Positions 1 to 8,477 of a DNA stretch of 29,485 nucleotides are shown here, piece by piece (position 1 is the stretch's first letter; every line of letters starts with the position of its first letter). The stretch is from the NCBI GenBank assembly GCA_964014485.1, contig CAXHAT010000088.1, positions 1 through 29,485 on the forward strand. The letters run 5' to 3'. Made by a program: the position numbers and the translations under genes. The notes below the pieces were generated by a model. The model did not search any database. It worked only from the letters and a program-made list of their open reading frames with translations, and was not told the origin of the DNA. The stretch comes from an uncultured Deferribacteres bacterium (GTDB lineage Bacteria; Zhuqueibacterota; Zhuqueibacteria; Zhuqueibacterales; Geothermadaptataceae).

Positions 1-62
1 GCTGTTGGCTGTTGGCTGTTGGCTGTTGGCTGTTGGCTGTTGGCTGTTGGCTGTTGGCTGTT
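1..62. repeat. Heptamer tandem repeat (GCTGTTG)n, cut by the window edge
   Basis: Eight perfect GCTGTTG copies (1-56) plus GCTGTT (57-62), followed by a short TTAGC-AAAA-GCTAA hairpin. Confidence 0.97.
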
Positions 63-144
63 TAGCAAAAGCTAAGAATCCGTTCAGTATCTTTGACTAA
101 AAATCGTGACTGATTGATAGCTCTTTTAATAGATCAGCTTGTAC

Positions 145-172
145 AAGCCCTGCTACTTTTGCGGGGCTTTTT
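145..172 (+). terminator. Probable intrinsic terminator
   Basis: AAGCCCTGC-tactttt-GCGGGGCTT stem (one G-U pair) running into a T tract. Confidence 0.7.
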
Positions 173-188
173 AATTTTCATCTTCTTT

Positions 189-219
189 TGATAGTTTCGT
201 GATACTTTTTTTGTATGAT
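189..219 (+). promoter_or_regulatory. Candidate promoter with an OmpR-type direct repeat
   Basis: TGATA at 189-193 and 200-204 (11-bp period) over the -35 region; TATGAT at 214-219 is -10-like; about 70 nt upstream of the response regulator ATG. Confidence 0.3.
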
Positions 220-289
220 TAGACGGTGTTTCAAGCTTTCCGATAATAAAGCACACAAACAGTAACCTCGTTAAACTGAGTAGTTTTCA

Positions 290-1009
290 ATGAACCGAAA
301 AGTTCTCATTATAGAAGACGATCCCGACATTTCCGAACTCGTTGAAATTCATGTCACCGATTTAGGCTACGAACTTGATTGCGCACAAGACGGCTTGAGC
401 GGCGTGAAAAAATTCGATGACGGCGAGTATGATCTTGTCATCCTTGATCTCATGCTCCCAAAACTTGGCGGCCTCGAAGTCTGCAAGCATATTCGCGAAG
501 TTGACAAACAAACGCCAATTCTCATGCTCACAGCCAAGTCTGAAGAATTGGACAAAGTGCTCGGCCTTGAGCTCGGTGCGGACGACTACATCACAAAGCC
601 GTTCAGCATTCGCGAATTTATCGCCCGCGTTAAGGCCATTTTTCGACGCATTGAAGCGGACAAATCGACCTCGAAAAACGAGCGGGATAATGAAGTGATC
701 GTTTTCGGCGAACTCACCGTTGATCTGCCCAAGCGAAAGGCGATTCTGGACGGCGAAACGCTTGATTTGACCGCGAAGGAATTCGATCTGCTTGTGATGT
801 TCGCATCAAACCCCGGGCGCGCCTATGAGCGACAGCAGCTCCTCGACGTGGTTTGGGGGTACCAGTATACCGGGTACGATCACACTGTCAATTCGCACAT
901 CAATCGTCTGCGCAGCAAGCTCGAAAAAGACCCGTCGAATCCACGATTCATTAAAACCGTTTGGGGCGTGGGCTATCGTTTTGCAGAAGAAGAGGAGCTT
1001 TCCTCATGA
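290..1009 (+). CDS. OmpR/PhoB-family response regulator
   Basis: Receiver domain (IIEDD, LDLMLP, LMLTAK, GADDYITKPF) plus winged helix (HINRLRSKLE, IKTVWGVGYRF). Confidence 0.97.
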   Translation: MNRKVLIIEDDPDISELVEIHVTDLGYELDCAQDGLSGVKKFDDGEYDLVILDLMLPKLGGLEVCKHIREVDKQTPILMLTAKSEELDKVLGLELGADDYITKPFSIREFIARVKAIFRRIEADKSTSKNERDNEVIVFGELTVDLPKRKAILDGETLDLTAKEFDLLVMFASNPGRAYERQQLLDVVWGYQYTGYDHTVNSHINRLRSKLEKDPSNPRFIKTVWGVGYRFAEEEELSS

Positions 1010-2487
1010 AAAAGTTTTTGAGCAGCTTTTATGCGCGCATCTCAATCGTCTATTTGATTATTCTATTGATTTTGGGGATCGTTCAGGTCAATTTTTCGAT
1101 CAACGAAGCGCTGGAATTTGCGCGTGAATCGGATCAACTTGTGAATAAAGACCTTGCCGCCAAGCTCGCCGAAGAACTTGAACCGCACTTGGCGGACGAG
1201 ATGAATTACACGGCGTTGGAAAACATGATGCATCACTATATGGTCATGAATCCGCGCATCGAAATCTATCTTTTGAACACGGAAGGCAAGATCGAGAGCT
1301 TTTTCCCCGGCGACTTACAGCAACTGGTGCGGCAAGAAGTTGATCTTGCGCCGGTGCGTGAATTTCTTGCCGGCAAAGGAGAGATCGCCGTCACGGGCGA
1401 CGATCCGCGCAATCTGGATCGTCAAAAGCCGTTTTCCGCTTCGCCGGTAAAATACGGCGACAATCGGGACGGCTACATGTACGTCGTCCTCAGCAGCCAA
1501 GCGTATGATAAGGCGGAGATGACTTATGAAGAGACCTTTTTCACGGACACGTTCGTCAAAACGCTGATTATTACGCTCATTTCTGCCGCGGTCATCGGTT
1601 TGATCTTATTCGCATTTCTGACCAAACGCTTCCACAGAATGACAAACGTTGTGCGAGATTTTGAGCACGGCGACTACCACCAGCGGGTGGAAAAACCCGG
1701 CCAAGACGAAATCGGCGAGCTTGGGCAGGCGTTCAACCACATGGCCGACACTATCGTTGCGAACATGGAAGAATTGAAGCAAACCGACCGCTTGCGCCGT
1801 GAATTAATCGCCAATGTCTCTCACGATTTGCGCAGCCCGCTGGCCTCGATGCAAGGCTATCTCGAAACGATCATCATGAAAGAAGATTCGCTCGACCAGG
1901 CCAAGCGCAAAAAATATCTCGGCACGATTCTCAACAACACGCAGCATTTGAATAAACTTGTGAATGAGCTTTTTGAGCTTTCAAAACTGGAAGCAAAGCA
2001 AGTCGAGCCCGTTGAAGAGCCGTTCGCCATCGCCGAATTGGCGCAGGATTTGGTGGTCAAGTTTCAGCCGGTCGCCGAGAAAAAGAACATTTCTTTAAAA
2101 ACTGATTTGCCGCAAAACCTGCCGCTTGTGATCGCCGACATCGCAATGATCGAGCGCGCGCTCGGCAATCTGATCGACAATGCCGTTTCCTACACGCCCG
2201 AGGGCGGCGAAGTCAATGTGAAAATTGCTAAGTCGGGCGGTAAAGTCACAGTCGTGGTTTCGGACACTGGGTACGGCATTCCGGAAGACGAAATTCCATT
2301 GATTTTTGATCGATTCTATCGCGTGGAAAAAAGTCGCGCCAGATCTTCCGGCGGCACTGGACTTGGGCTGGCGATTACCAAAAAAATTATCGAGCTTCAC
2401 AAGAGCACAATTTCGATCAAAAGTAAATTGAATGTCGGCACCACGCTTTCATTCTCGCTCCGCGTCCATGAAGCGGGCGCTTTTTAA
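1006..2487 (+). CDS. Sensor histidine kinase (2 TM, periplasmic sensor, HAMP, HisKA, HATPase)
   Basis: ATG 1006 overlaps the regulator stop (ATGA), with GAGGAG upstream. H-box ANVSHDLRSPL, N-box NLIDNA, DTGYGI, FDRFYR, GTGLGLAI. Confidence 0.96.
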   Translation: MKKFLSSFYARISIVYLIILLILGIVQVNFSINEALEFARESDQLVNKDLAAKLAEELEPHLADEMNYTALENMMHHYMVMNPRIEIYLLNTEGKIESFFPGDLQQLVRQEVDLAPVREFLAGKGEIAVTGDDPRNLDRQKPFSASPVKYGDNRDGYMYVVLSSQAYDKAEMTYEETFFTDTFVKTLIITLISAAVIGLILFAFLTKRFHRMTNVVRDFEHGDYHQRVEKPGQDEIGELGQAFNHMADTIVANMEELKQTDRLRRELIANVSHDLRSPLASMQGYLETIIMKEDSLDQAKRKKYLGTILNNTQHLNKLVNELFELSKLEAKQVEPVEEPFAIAELAQDLVVKFQPVAEKKNISLKTDLPQNLPLVIADIAMIERALGNLIDNAVSYTPEGGEVNVKIAKSGGKVTVVVSDTGYGIPEDEIPLIFDRFYRVEKSRARSSGGTGLGLAITKKIIELHKSTISIKSKLNVGTTLSFSLRVHEAGAF

Positions 2488-2502
2488 AAAGGAAGAACGG
2501 TT

Positions 2503-3474
2503 ATGTTGATTAAGTCGCCGAAAGGCTGGGAACTGCCGGAACGCATCGCGACGCCGGAAAGCGCTTACGCCAATCGCCGGGATTTCTTGAAGAAACTGGG
2601 ATTTTCCGGCTTGGGAATTTGGGGATTGACCGCCGGCTGTTCCGGTGAATCTTCAGCGCAAAACCGAGCTAAAAACGTGCGTCAAACATTGCCGAAAGCC
2701 GCGCCGCCCTATCCTGCAAAACGCAACCCGGCCTTTTCCGTCGAACGCCCCGAAACGCCGGAGCGACTCGCCGCATCGTATAATAATTTTTACGAATTTA
2801 CGACCATGAAAGATCAGGTTTGGCAATTGGCGCATGATTTCAAAACCAAGCCCTGGCAAATTGAAATTTCCGGCGAAGTGGAAAAGCCGCGAACTATTGA
2901 TCTTGATGATTTGCTCAAAGCGCTGCCGCTGGAAGAGCGCGTTTATCGTTTTCGCTGCGTGGAAGCGTGGTCGATGGTTGTGCCGTGGACAGGCATCAAA
3001 ATGAAGGATTTCGTCGAATGGGCGCAACCGACGTCTAAAGCAAAGTACATCCGTTTCGTCACTTTTCTTGACAAAAAGAATGCGCCGGGACAGCGCACGA
3101 ATCCGTGGTACCCCTGGCCGTATTTTGAAGGCCTGCGCATGGACGAAGCGACGAACGAACTGGCCATGTTGGCCACCGGCAGTTACGGCCATCGTCTCCC
3201 CAATCAGCACGGCGCGCCGGTTCGCGTGATCACACCGTGGAAATATGGTTTCAAAAGCATTAAGTCCATTGTCAAAATTGAATTTATCACCGAAAAGCCA
3301 AGCACATTTTGGAGCGAGATCGCGCCCAGCGAATACACTTTTTGGGCGAACGTCGAGCCGAATGTGCCGCATCCGCGCTGGTCGCAAGCGACAGAGCGAG
3401 ACATAGCCACCGGCGACCGAATTCCTACCTTGCCTTACAACGGCTATGCAAAATACGTCAGCAAGATGTACTAA
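2503..3474 (+). CDS. msrP: Protein-methionine-sulfoxide reductase catalytic subunit (molybdoenzyme)
   Basis: Tat motif NRRDFLK; YNNFYEF; RFRCVEAWSMVVPW (Mo-ligating Cys); HGAPVRVITPWKYGFKSIKSIV; HPRWSQATER. Confidence 0.95.
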   Translation: MLIKSPKGWELPERIATPESAYANRRDFLKKLGFSGLGIWGLTAGCSGESSAQNRAKNVRQTLPKAAPPYPAKRNPAFSVERPETPERLAASYNNFYEFTTMKDQVWQLAHDFKTKPWQIEISGEVEKPRTIDLDDLLKALPLEERVYRFRCVEAWSMVVPWTGIKMKDFVEWAQPTSKAKYIRFVTFLDKKNAPGQRTNPWYPWPYFEGLRMDEATNELAMLATGSYGHRLPNQHGAPVRVITPWKYGFKSIKSIVKIEFITEKPSTFWSEIAPSEYTFWANVEPNVPHPRWSQATERDIATGDRIPTLPYNGYAKYVSKMY

Positions 3475-3526
3475 TTTCGCCAATAACTTTACTCTTTATG
3501 CCAAACATATTTCTGTCAACAGCTTT

Positions 3527-4699
3527 TCAGCGAGTTGGCTCTTTAACAACCCCGTTTGAAAACAAATTCTCTATTCTTTTTTCATCATACTCCAACTCTT
3601 TCAAAATTTCCCGCGAATGCTCGCCCAACTCAGGCGCCGGATTGGAAATCGTCGGCTCGGTTTGTGAGAATTTGAGCGGAAAGCCGATTGCTGAAATTTT
3701 GCCGAGCGAGGGATGATCTTGTTCGACAATCATTTCTCGCGCTTGCAATTGCGGGTCATTTTTAACCTCGCCCATCGTCAAAATCGGCGTGAGGCAAGCG
3801 TCCTTTCCGGCGGCAAGACTCGCCCATTCATCGCGCGTTTTTGTTTTAAAGATTTCTTGCAATTCTATGCGGATTTCGTCCCGCTCTTCGCCTTGCGCGT
3901 AAGACATGTTGCGCCACTCCGGCTGGTCAATCAAAGCACAGAAATTGTTCCAGAATCGCGGCTCCAGCGCGCCGAGGGCGACGTATTTTCCATCCTTGCA
4001 TTCGTACGTCCCGTAGCTGGCCAGGCTGCCGGAGAGCAGTTGTTCGTCACGGGAAAGCGACTGTCCCAACCCCCAGAATTGCGAGAATTGCAAAGCCATG
4101 AGCGGCAAAACGCCGTCGGTCATCGCGATGTCGATGTGCTGGCCTTCACCGGTGCGGTCACGCGACCAAAGCGCTGAAAGAATCGCGATAATCGCCATGT
4201 AAGCGCCGCCCGCCACGTCCGCCATTTGCACGCCCGGCATCAAAGGCCCGGTTTGCTCAGTTCCGTTCAAATCGAGAGCGCCAGTGTAACCAATGTAATT
4301 AATATCATGCCCGGCGTCATTCGCGCGCGGGCCAGTCTGGCCATAGCCGGTCACGGAAACGTAGATGATTTTGGAATTGTGAGTTTTAGCGGATTCATAG
4401 CCTATCCCTGTTTTATCCAAAACGCCGGGACGAAAGCCTTCGATGACGATGTCGGCTGTTTTGACCAGATCGAAAAAAACTTGGCGGCCTTTTTCGTTTT
4501 TGAAATCAAGCGCAAGGCTCCGCTTTGAACGATTGAGCGCGAGCCACGCCGAAGAAATTTCTCCGATAAAAGGCGGGGTTGTTCGAATATAGTCCGGGGA
4601 GTTGACGTCTTCGATTTTAATCACATCCGCGCCCATGTCCGCCATGAGCATTGTCGCCAGCGGGCCCGGGTAAAGGCGGGTGAGGTCAAGGATTCGCAT
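3527..4699 (-). CDS. CaiB/BaiF family III CoA-transferase, alpha-methylacyl-CoA racemase-like
   Basis: RILDLTRLYPGP, LNRSKRS, EGFRPGV, GHDINY, ADVAGG, APELGEHS. The start is uncertain because the frame stays open upstream to the TGA at 4763-4765. Confidence 0.93.
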   Translation of the reverse strand: MRILDLTRLYPGPLATMLMADMGADVIKIEDVNSPDYIRTTPPFIGEISSAWLALNRSKRSLALDFKNEKGRQVFFDLVKTADIVIEGFRPGVLDKTGIGYESAKTHNSKIIYVSVTGYGQTGPRANDAGHDINYIGYTGALDLNGTEQTGPLMPGVQMADVAGGAYMAIIAILSALWSRDRTGEGQHIDIAMTDGVLPLMALQFSQFWGLGQSLSRDEQLLSGSLASYGTYECKDGKYVALGALEPRFWNNFCALIDQPEWRNMSYAQGEERDEIRIELQEIFKTKTRDEWASLAAGKDACLTPILTMGEVKNDPQLQAREMIVEQDHPSLGKISAIGFPLKFSQTEPTISNPAPELGEHSREILKELEYDEKRIENLFSNGVVKEPTR

Positions 4700-4762
4700 C
4701 CCGATCAGCGGGCCGGATTTCTCGCGTTTTTGGGAAGAATTTTTCGGGGCGGGTTCGGCTCT

Positions 4763-6325
4763 TCAGGTCGAATCAAGGCGGCGGAACATTTTGGTGAACT
4801 GCATCATTTCCGGCAAATTGCTGATTTTGATTTTGCCGGTCATGAAAGCCATTTGCGGATTGGCTCTCCCCCACTCGATGTCGGCATAGGTCTTGTCTTT
4901 GGTCTTCACAACGCACTTGGCTTCGCCGTTCAAGCCTTCAACAACTGAGCATTCACCCGCCGAAACAGTCACGGTAAAATCGCCGCCATTATCACCGGAA
5001 ATTTGTAAATGAACCACCGTTTCGTAACCATTGAGTTTTTCCCTTTCGAGTCTCGATGGCAAAGAACGAACGATTTCCTGAGCCGTTTGCGGCATGTCGC
5101 TACGCTCCTCTGAATCTGATTTTGAATGATCTTTTTCCGGCGACTCTTCGGCGCCGTGGTCATAAACCTTGTCGTAGCTGACGCCGTCAACGACTGTTTT
5201 GGCGATGATTTCGAGCATAATTTCCGTCGAGCCGCCCGCGATGGTTCCGCCGCGCACATCGCGATACATGCGCGAAATTTCATATTCTTCCATAAAACCA
5301 TAGCCGCCGAAAAATTGCAAGCACTCGTCGGCGATTTTCTTCGACAATTCCGACGCGAGCATTTTCGCCATCGAACATTGCTTGACGGCGTGCTCGCCTT
5401 GATCGTGCAACCAACTCGTGTGATGCACGAACTGCTTGCACGCCTCAAGCTCTGAGGCCAGTTGCGCCATTTTGTGACGGATCGCCTGAAACTTCGCGAT
5501 GGGACGGCCAAACGCCGCGCGTTCGTGTAAATATTTTAACGTTAAATCAAGGCAGGCCTCCGCACCGCCGACAGCGGCAATCGCTGCGACGAGGCGCTCA
5601 AGCTGGAAGCTCTCCATGATGTAGAAAAATCCCATGCCTTCTTCCCCCACCCGATTGGCGAACGGGACGCGGACATTGTCGAACGCGATTTCCGCCGTGT
5701 CGGAGCTGTGCCAGCCGAGTTTGGGCAATTTACGCGACGTCACGCCGGACGCGTCTTTTTCCACCACGATCAGCGTGATTCCCTGCATTCCGGCGGAAGC
5801 GTCGGTCTTCGCGGCGAGCGTAATAAAATCGCCGTAAAAACCGTTGGTAATGAAAGTTTTCGAGCCGTTGATGATGTAGAAATCGCCGTCACGTTCAGCG
5901 CGTGTTTGAATCGCCGCTACGTCTGATCCGGCGTTCGGTTCGGTGATCGCCAGCGCGCCGATTTTTTGCCCAGCGATGGATGGCGTGAGATATTTTTGCT
6001 TCAAAGCCTCGCTCCCGGCTTGAAAAATATGCGCCGTCGCCATGTATTGCTGCACGCTCACGGCGGTGGCAAAACCGCCGTTGCCGCAGCGCCCCAACTC
6101 TTCCAAAAACGCGACGGAATAGAAAAAATCCGCTTCGCTGCCGCCGTATTTTTCCGGGAAATTAATGCCGAGAAATCCTTGTTCGCCCATCTTTTCCCAA
6201 ATCCAGCGCGGAATCTGTTGTTCACGCTCCCAGGCGTCAAGGTGCGGACGCACTTCATTTTGCATAAATTCGCGCACCGTCTTGCGAAACAGATCGTGAT
6301 CTTCTGTAAAATAGGGAGATTTCAT
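4763..6325 (-). CDS. Acyl-CoA dehydrogenase with C-terminal SCP2 sterol/lipid-binding domain
   Basis: ALAITEPNAGSDV, INGSKTFITNG, AFGRPIAKFQ, QFFGGYGFMEEY, IAGGSTEIM; then a charged linker and an SCP2-like tail (NPQMAFMTGKIKISN). Confidence 0.95.
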   Translation of the reverse strand: MKSPYFTEDHDLFRKTVREFMQNEVRPHLDAWEREQQIPRWIWEKMGEQGFLGINFPEKYGGSEADFFYSVAFLEELGRCGNGGFATAVSVQQYMATAHIFQAGSEALKQKYLTPSIAGQKIGALAITEPNAGSDVAAIQTRAERDGDFYIINGSKTFITNGFYGDFITLAAKTDASAGMQGITLIVVEKDASGVTSRKLPKLGWHSSDTAEIAFDNVRVPFANRVGEEGMGFFYIMESFQLERLVAAIAAVGGAEACLDLTLKYLHERAAFGRPIAKFQAIRHKMAQLASELEACKQFVHHTSWLHDQGEHAVKQCSMAKMLASELSKKIADECLQFFGGYGFMEEYEISRMYRDVRGGTIAGGSTEIMLEIIAKTVVDGVSYDKVYDHGAEESPEKDHSKSDSEERSDMPQTAQEIVRSLPSRLEREKLNGYETVVHLQISGDNGGDFTVTVSAGECSVVEGLNGEAKCVVKTKDKTYADIEWGRANPQMAFMTGKIKISNLPEMMQFTKMFRRLDST

Positions 6326-6357
6326 GCAGACATGGTAGGCACTCTGATGGTTCTACT

Positions 6358-6558
6358 CTCTACCTGACACTTTTTTGTAAACTGCATTTTCGAGCCGTCG
6401 AAAGGCCTCGTTTTGTCATTCTGCAGGAATCTTTGTTATCGCCCAGTACAGATCATGCTCAAAAGTTCAAGGGTTCGATCAAAAAAGATGCTTTCAGCAT
6501 GACAAATCCGGCCTTTTTCGCCAGCTTTAGAAGCCTATACAAAAAGTGTCAGGTAGTG
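6358..6558. mobile_element. MITE/REP-like non-autonomous palindromic element (~200 bp)
   Basis: Perfect 16-bp inverted repeat CTACCTGACACTTTTT (6360-6375) / AAAAAGTGTCAGGTAG (6541-6556). Nested arms: AAAGGCC/GGCCTTT, TTTGTCAT/ATGACAAA, ATCTTT/AAAGAT. No transposase. Confidence 0.6.
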
Positions 6559-6594
6559 AATGGTTTTATCGTGGCTTATGTGAATCACCCGTTT

Positions 6595-6713
6595 TTTTTG
6601 ACGGGATTTACTTGATCAACCGGATTGTGTGAGAATTCGAACCAAAAAAATTCGTATTCGTCATAGACTCCAATTCTCGATTAATCTTGTTCATCCTGTT
6701 ATCCCGTCAAAAA
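6595..6713. repeat. Long imperfect inverted repeat built from ~9-bp units
   Basis: TTTTTGACGGGAT (6595-6607) / ATCCCGTCAAAAA (6701-6713); inner arms with (AACAGGAT)-like 9-nt periodicity; GAGAATT/AATTCTC. Confidence 0.75.
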
Positions 6714-6718
6714 TTGTC

Positions 6719-7405
6719 TTAATCATCCGCGCCGGTCAGCAGCATCACGTAATAGAGCAGTTGCATGACTGCGGTTAGGGCTGCGGCAACGTAGGTCAGA
6801 GCCGCGGCGTCGAGCACTTTTTTCGCGCCGCTGATTTCGTCGTTGCGCAAATAGCCGCCGCTGGAGAGTTGCGCCATTGCCCGAGAACTGGCGTTGAATT
6901 CAACGGGCAAAGTCACCAACTGAAAAAGCACGGCTCCGGCAAATAGAACAACGCCCAGTTGAATGAAGCCTACGGAATTGATGATGAAGCCCAGGATCAA
7001 GAGCGGGAAAGCAAGCTTGGAACCGAAACTCGCGACGGGCAAAAGCGAGTGCCGAAGGCGAAGCGGCGAGTATCCTTTGGCGTCCTGAATCGCATGGCCA
7101 ACTTCGTGCGCCGCAACGCTCAACCCGGCGATGGACGAGCCGTGATAATTTTCTGAAGACAGCCGAACGACTTTGTCGCGCGGATCATAGTGATCTGAAA
7201 GCTCTCCGCGCACTTCTTCAATATGAACGTCTTGCAAACCGTTGTCGCGCAGCAGGTGCGCCGCGGCTTGTGCGCCGGTGATGTTCGCCCCGCTTGGAAT
7301 CTGCCGATACTTCTTGTACGCTCTCTTGACCTTGAAATTGGCGTACATGGCCAGGGCAAGCGCCGGAAGAAGCATCATCAGGTAATTCATGTCGAAGAAA
7401 AACAT
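6719..7405 (-). CDS. YugP-like membrane zinc metallopeptidase (Zn_peptidase_2)
   Basis: LSDHYDP, VAAHEVGHAIQ (HExxH), LVTLPVEFNASSRA, AAALTYVAA; AGGAG SD. Confidence 0.93.
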   Translation of the reverse strand: MFFFDMNYLMMLLPALALAMYANFKVKRAYKKYRQIPSGANITGAQAAAHLLRDNGLQDVHIEEVRGELSDHYDPRDKVVRLSSENYHGSSIAGLSVAAHEVGHAIQDAKGYSPLRLRHSLLPVASFGSKLAFPLLILGFIINSVGFIQLGVVLFAGAVLFQLVTLPVEFNASSRAMAQLSSGGYLRNDEISGAKKVLDAAALTYVAAALTAVMQLLYYVMLLTGADD

Positions 7406-7512
7406 GCCGTTTCTCCTATATTTTTCCGAATTGATGTAAAGTACTCAACGTGAAATTCTACCGGAAAAGATACGATTTTGCATCAGAAAGTTTTAAATGA
7501 AATGTAAAATCC

Positions 7513-7544
7513 AAAAAGGCTCTCACAATGAATTTGCAAGAGCC
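7513..7544 (-). terminator. Intrinsic terminator of the TIM-barrel gene
   Basis: Minus strand GGCTCTTGCAA-attca-TTGTGAGAGCC-TTTTT, 15 nt after the stop at 7560. Confidence 0.7.
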
Positions 7545-7559
7545 AACATTTCCACAAAA

Positions 7560-8477
7560 CTAGCTTGCTAACTTTTCGCGCACGCGCTCAAGCAGTTTTT
7601 TCGTCGCCATAATTCCCTCGTGCTCGGTCATCCCCGCTCCTTCATATTCGATGCCGACATAGCCGCGATACCCGGCGTCGAGGACGATCTTCATCATTTT
7701 CATGTAATCCGTGTCAATCTCGTTGCCGTCTTCGTCAAACCGGTGCGCCTTGGCGCTAACGGCTTTTGCGTAAGGCATCAATTCTTTAACGCCCTTATAG
7801 CGGTCGTACATTTCGTCCGCACTGACGCGAAAATTGCCAAAATCCGGCAACGTGCCGCAGCGTTTGTGATCGACCATTTTCATCACGCCGGCCAGCCACT
7901 CGCCGTTACTTGAAAGCCCGCCGTGATTTTCAACGATGACGTTTAAACCAGCCTTCGCGCCGATCTCTGTCAGCTTGCCCAGACCGTCGGCGGCGAGCTT
8001 CATTTGCTCTTCATAGCTCCCTGAGCTACGGGCGTTTACACGAATGGAATGACAGCCCAGGAATTTAGCTGCGTCCACCCATTTTCTGTGGTTTTCGACC
8101 GCTTGCATCCGGTTCTTTTCGTTCGGATCGCCGAGATTGCCTTCGCGGTCGCACATGATGAGCAGGCTCTTTACGCCCTCGCCTTTGGCGCGTTTTTTCA
8201 TTTCCTTGAGATATTCCTGGTCCGTCGCCTTGTCCATAAAAAACTGGTTGACGTACTCAATCGCGTCGATGCCGAAATCGTTTTTTGTGACCTTGGCGAA
8301 ATCGAGATTGTCAATTTTCTTGCCGAAAATCGATTTATTGAGCGACCACTGCGCCAGAGAGATCTCGAACAACTTTTCCTCCTTTGCGAACAGATTCAAC
8401 GGAGTGGAAATTGATGACAACATTGGCAGCGTTGCGATGACGCCCGCCGATTTTAAGAACTCACGCCGATTTTGCAT
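7560..8477 (-). CDS. Tat-exported sugar phosphate isomerase/epimerase (xylose isomerase-like TIM barrel)
   Basis: NRREFLK signal; [38 protein letters not shown]. Confidence 0.92.
   Translation of the reverse strand: MQNRREFLKSAGVIATLPMLSSISTPLNLFAKEEKLFEISLAQWSLNKSIFGKKIDNLDFAKVTKNDFGIDAIEYVNQFFMDKATDQEYLKEMKKRAKGEGVKSLLIMCDREGNLGDPNEKNRMQAVENHRKWVDAAKFLGCHSIRVNARSSGSYEEQMKLAADGLGKLTEIGAKAGLNVIVENHGGLSSNGEWLAGVMKMVDHKRCGTLPDFGNFRVSADEMYDRYKGVKELMPYAKAVSAKAHRFDEDGNEIDTDYMKMMKIVLDAGYRGYVGIEYEGAGMTEHEGIMATKKLLERVREKLAS

Noticed and set aside
1..62. Repeat as a CRISPR array
   Set aside because: 7-bp units with no spacers; no cas genes in the window.
961..1005. Longer TTG start for the histidine kinase
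   Set aside because: It would overlap the regulator by 49 nt; ATG 1006 has an SD and ATGA coupling.
2653..3483. 276-aa antisense ORF
   Set aside because: Shadow of msrP; no recognisable motifs.
4720..4765. TGA as a selenocysteine codon
   Set aside because: It lies in an interdomain linker rather than at a Cys-equivalent site, and no SECIS-like hairpin is evident directly downstream.
6433..6615. 60-aa ORF
   Set aside because: Runs through the palindromic element, has a TTG start and no family motif; not transposase-like.
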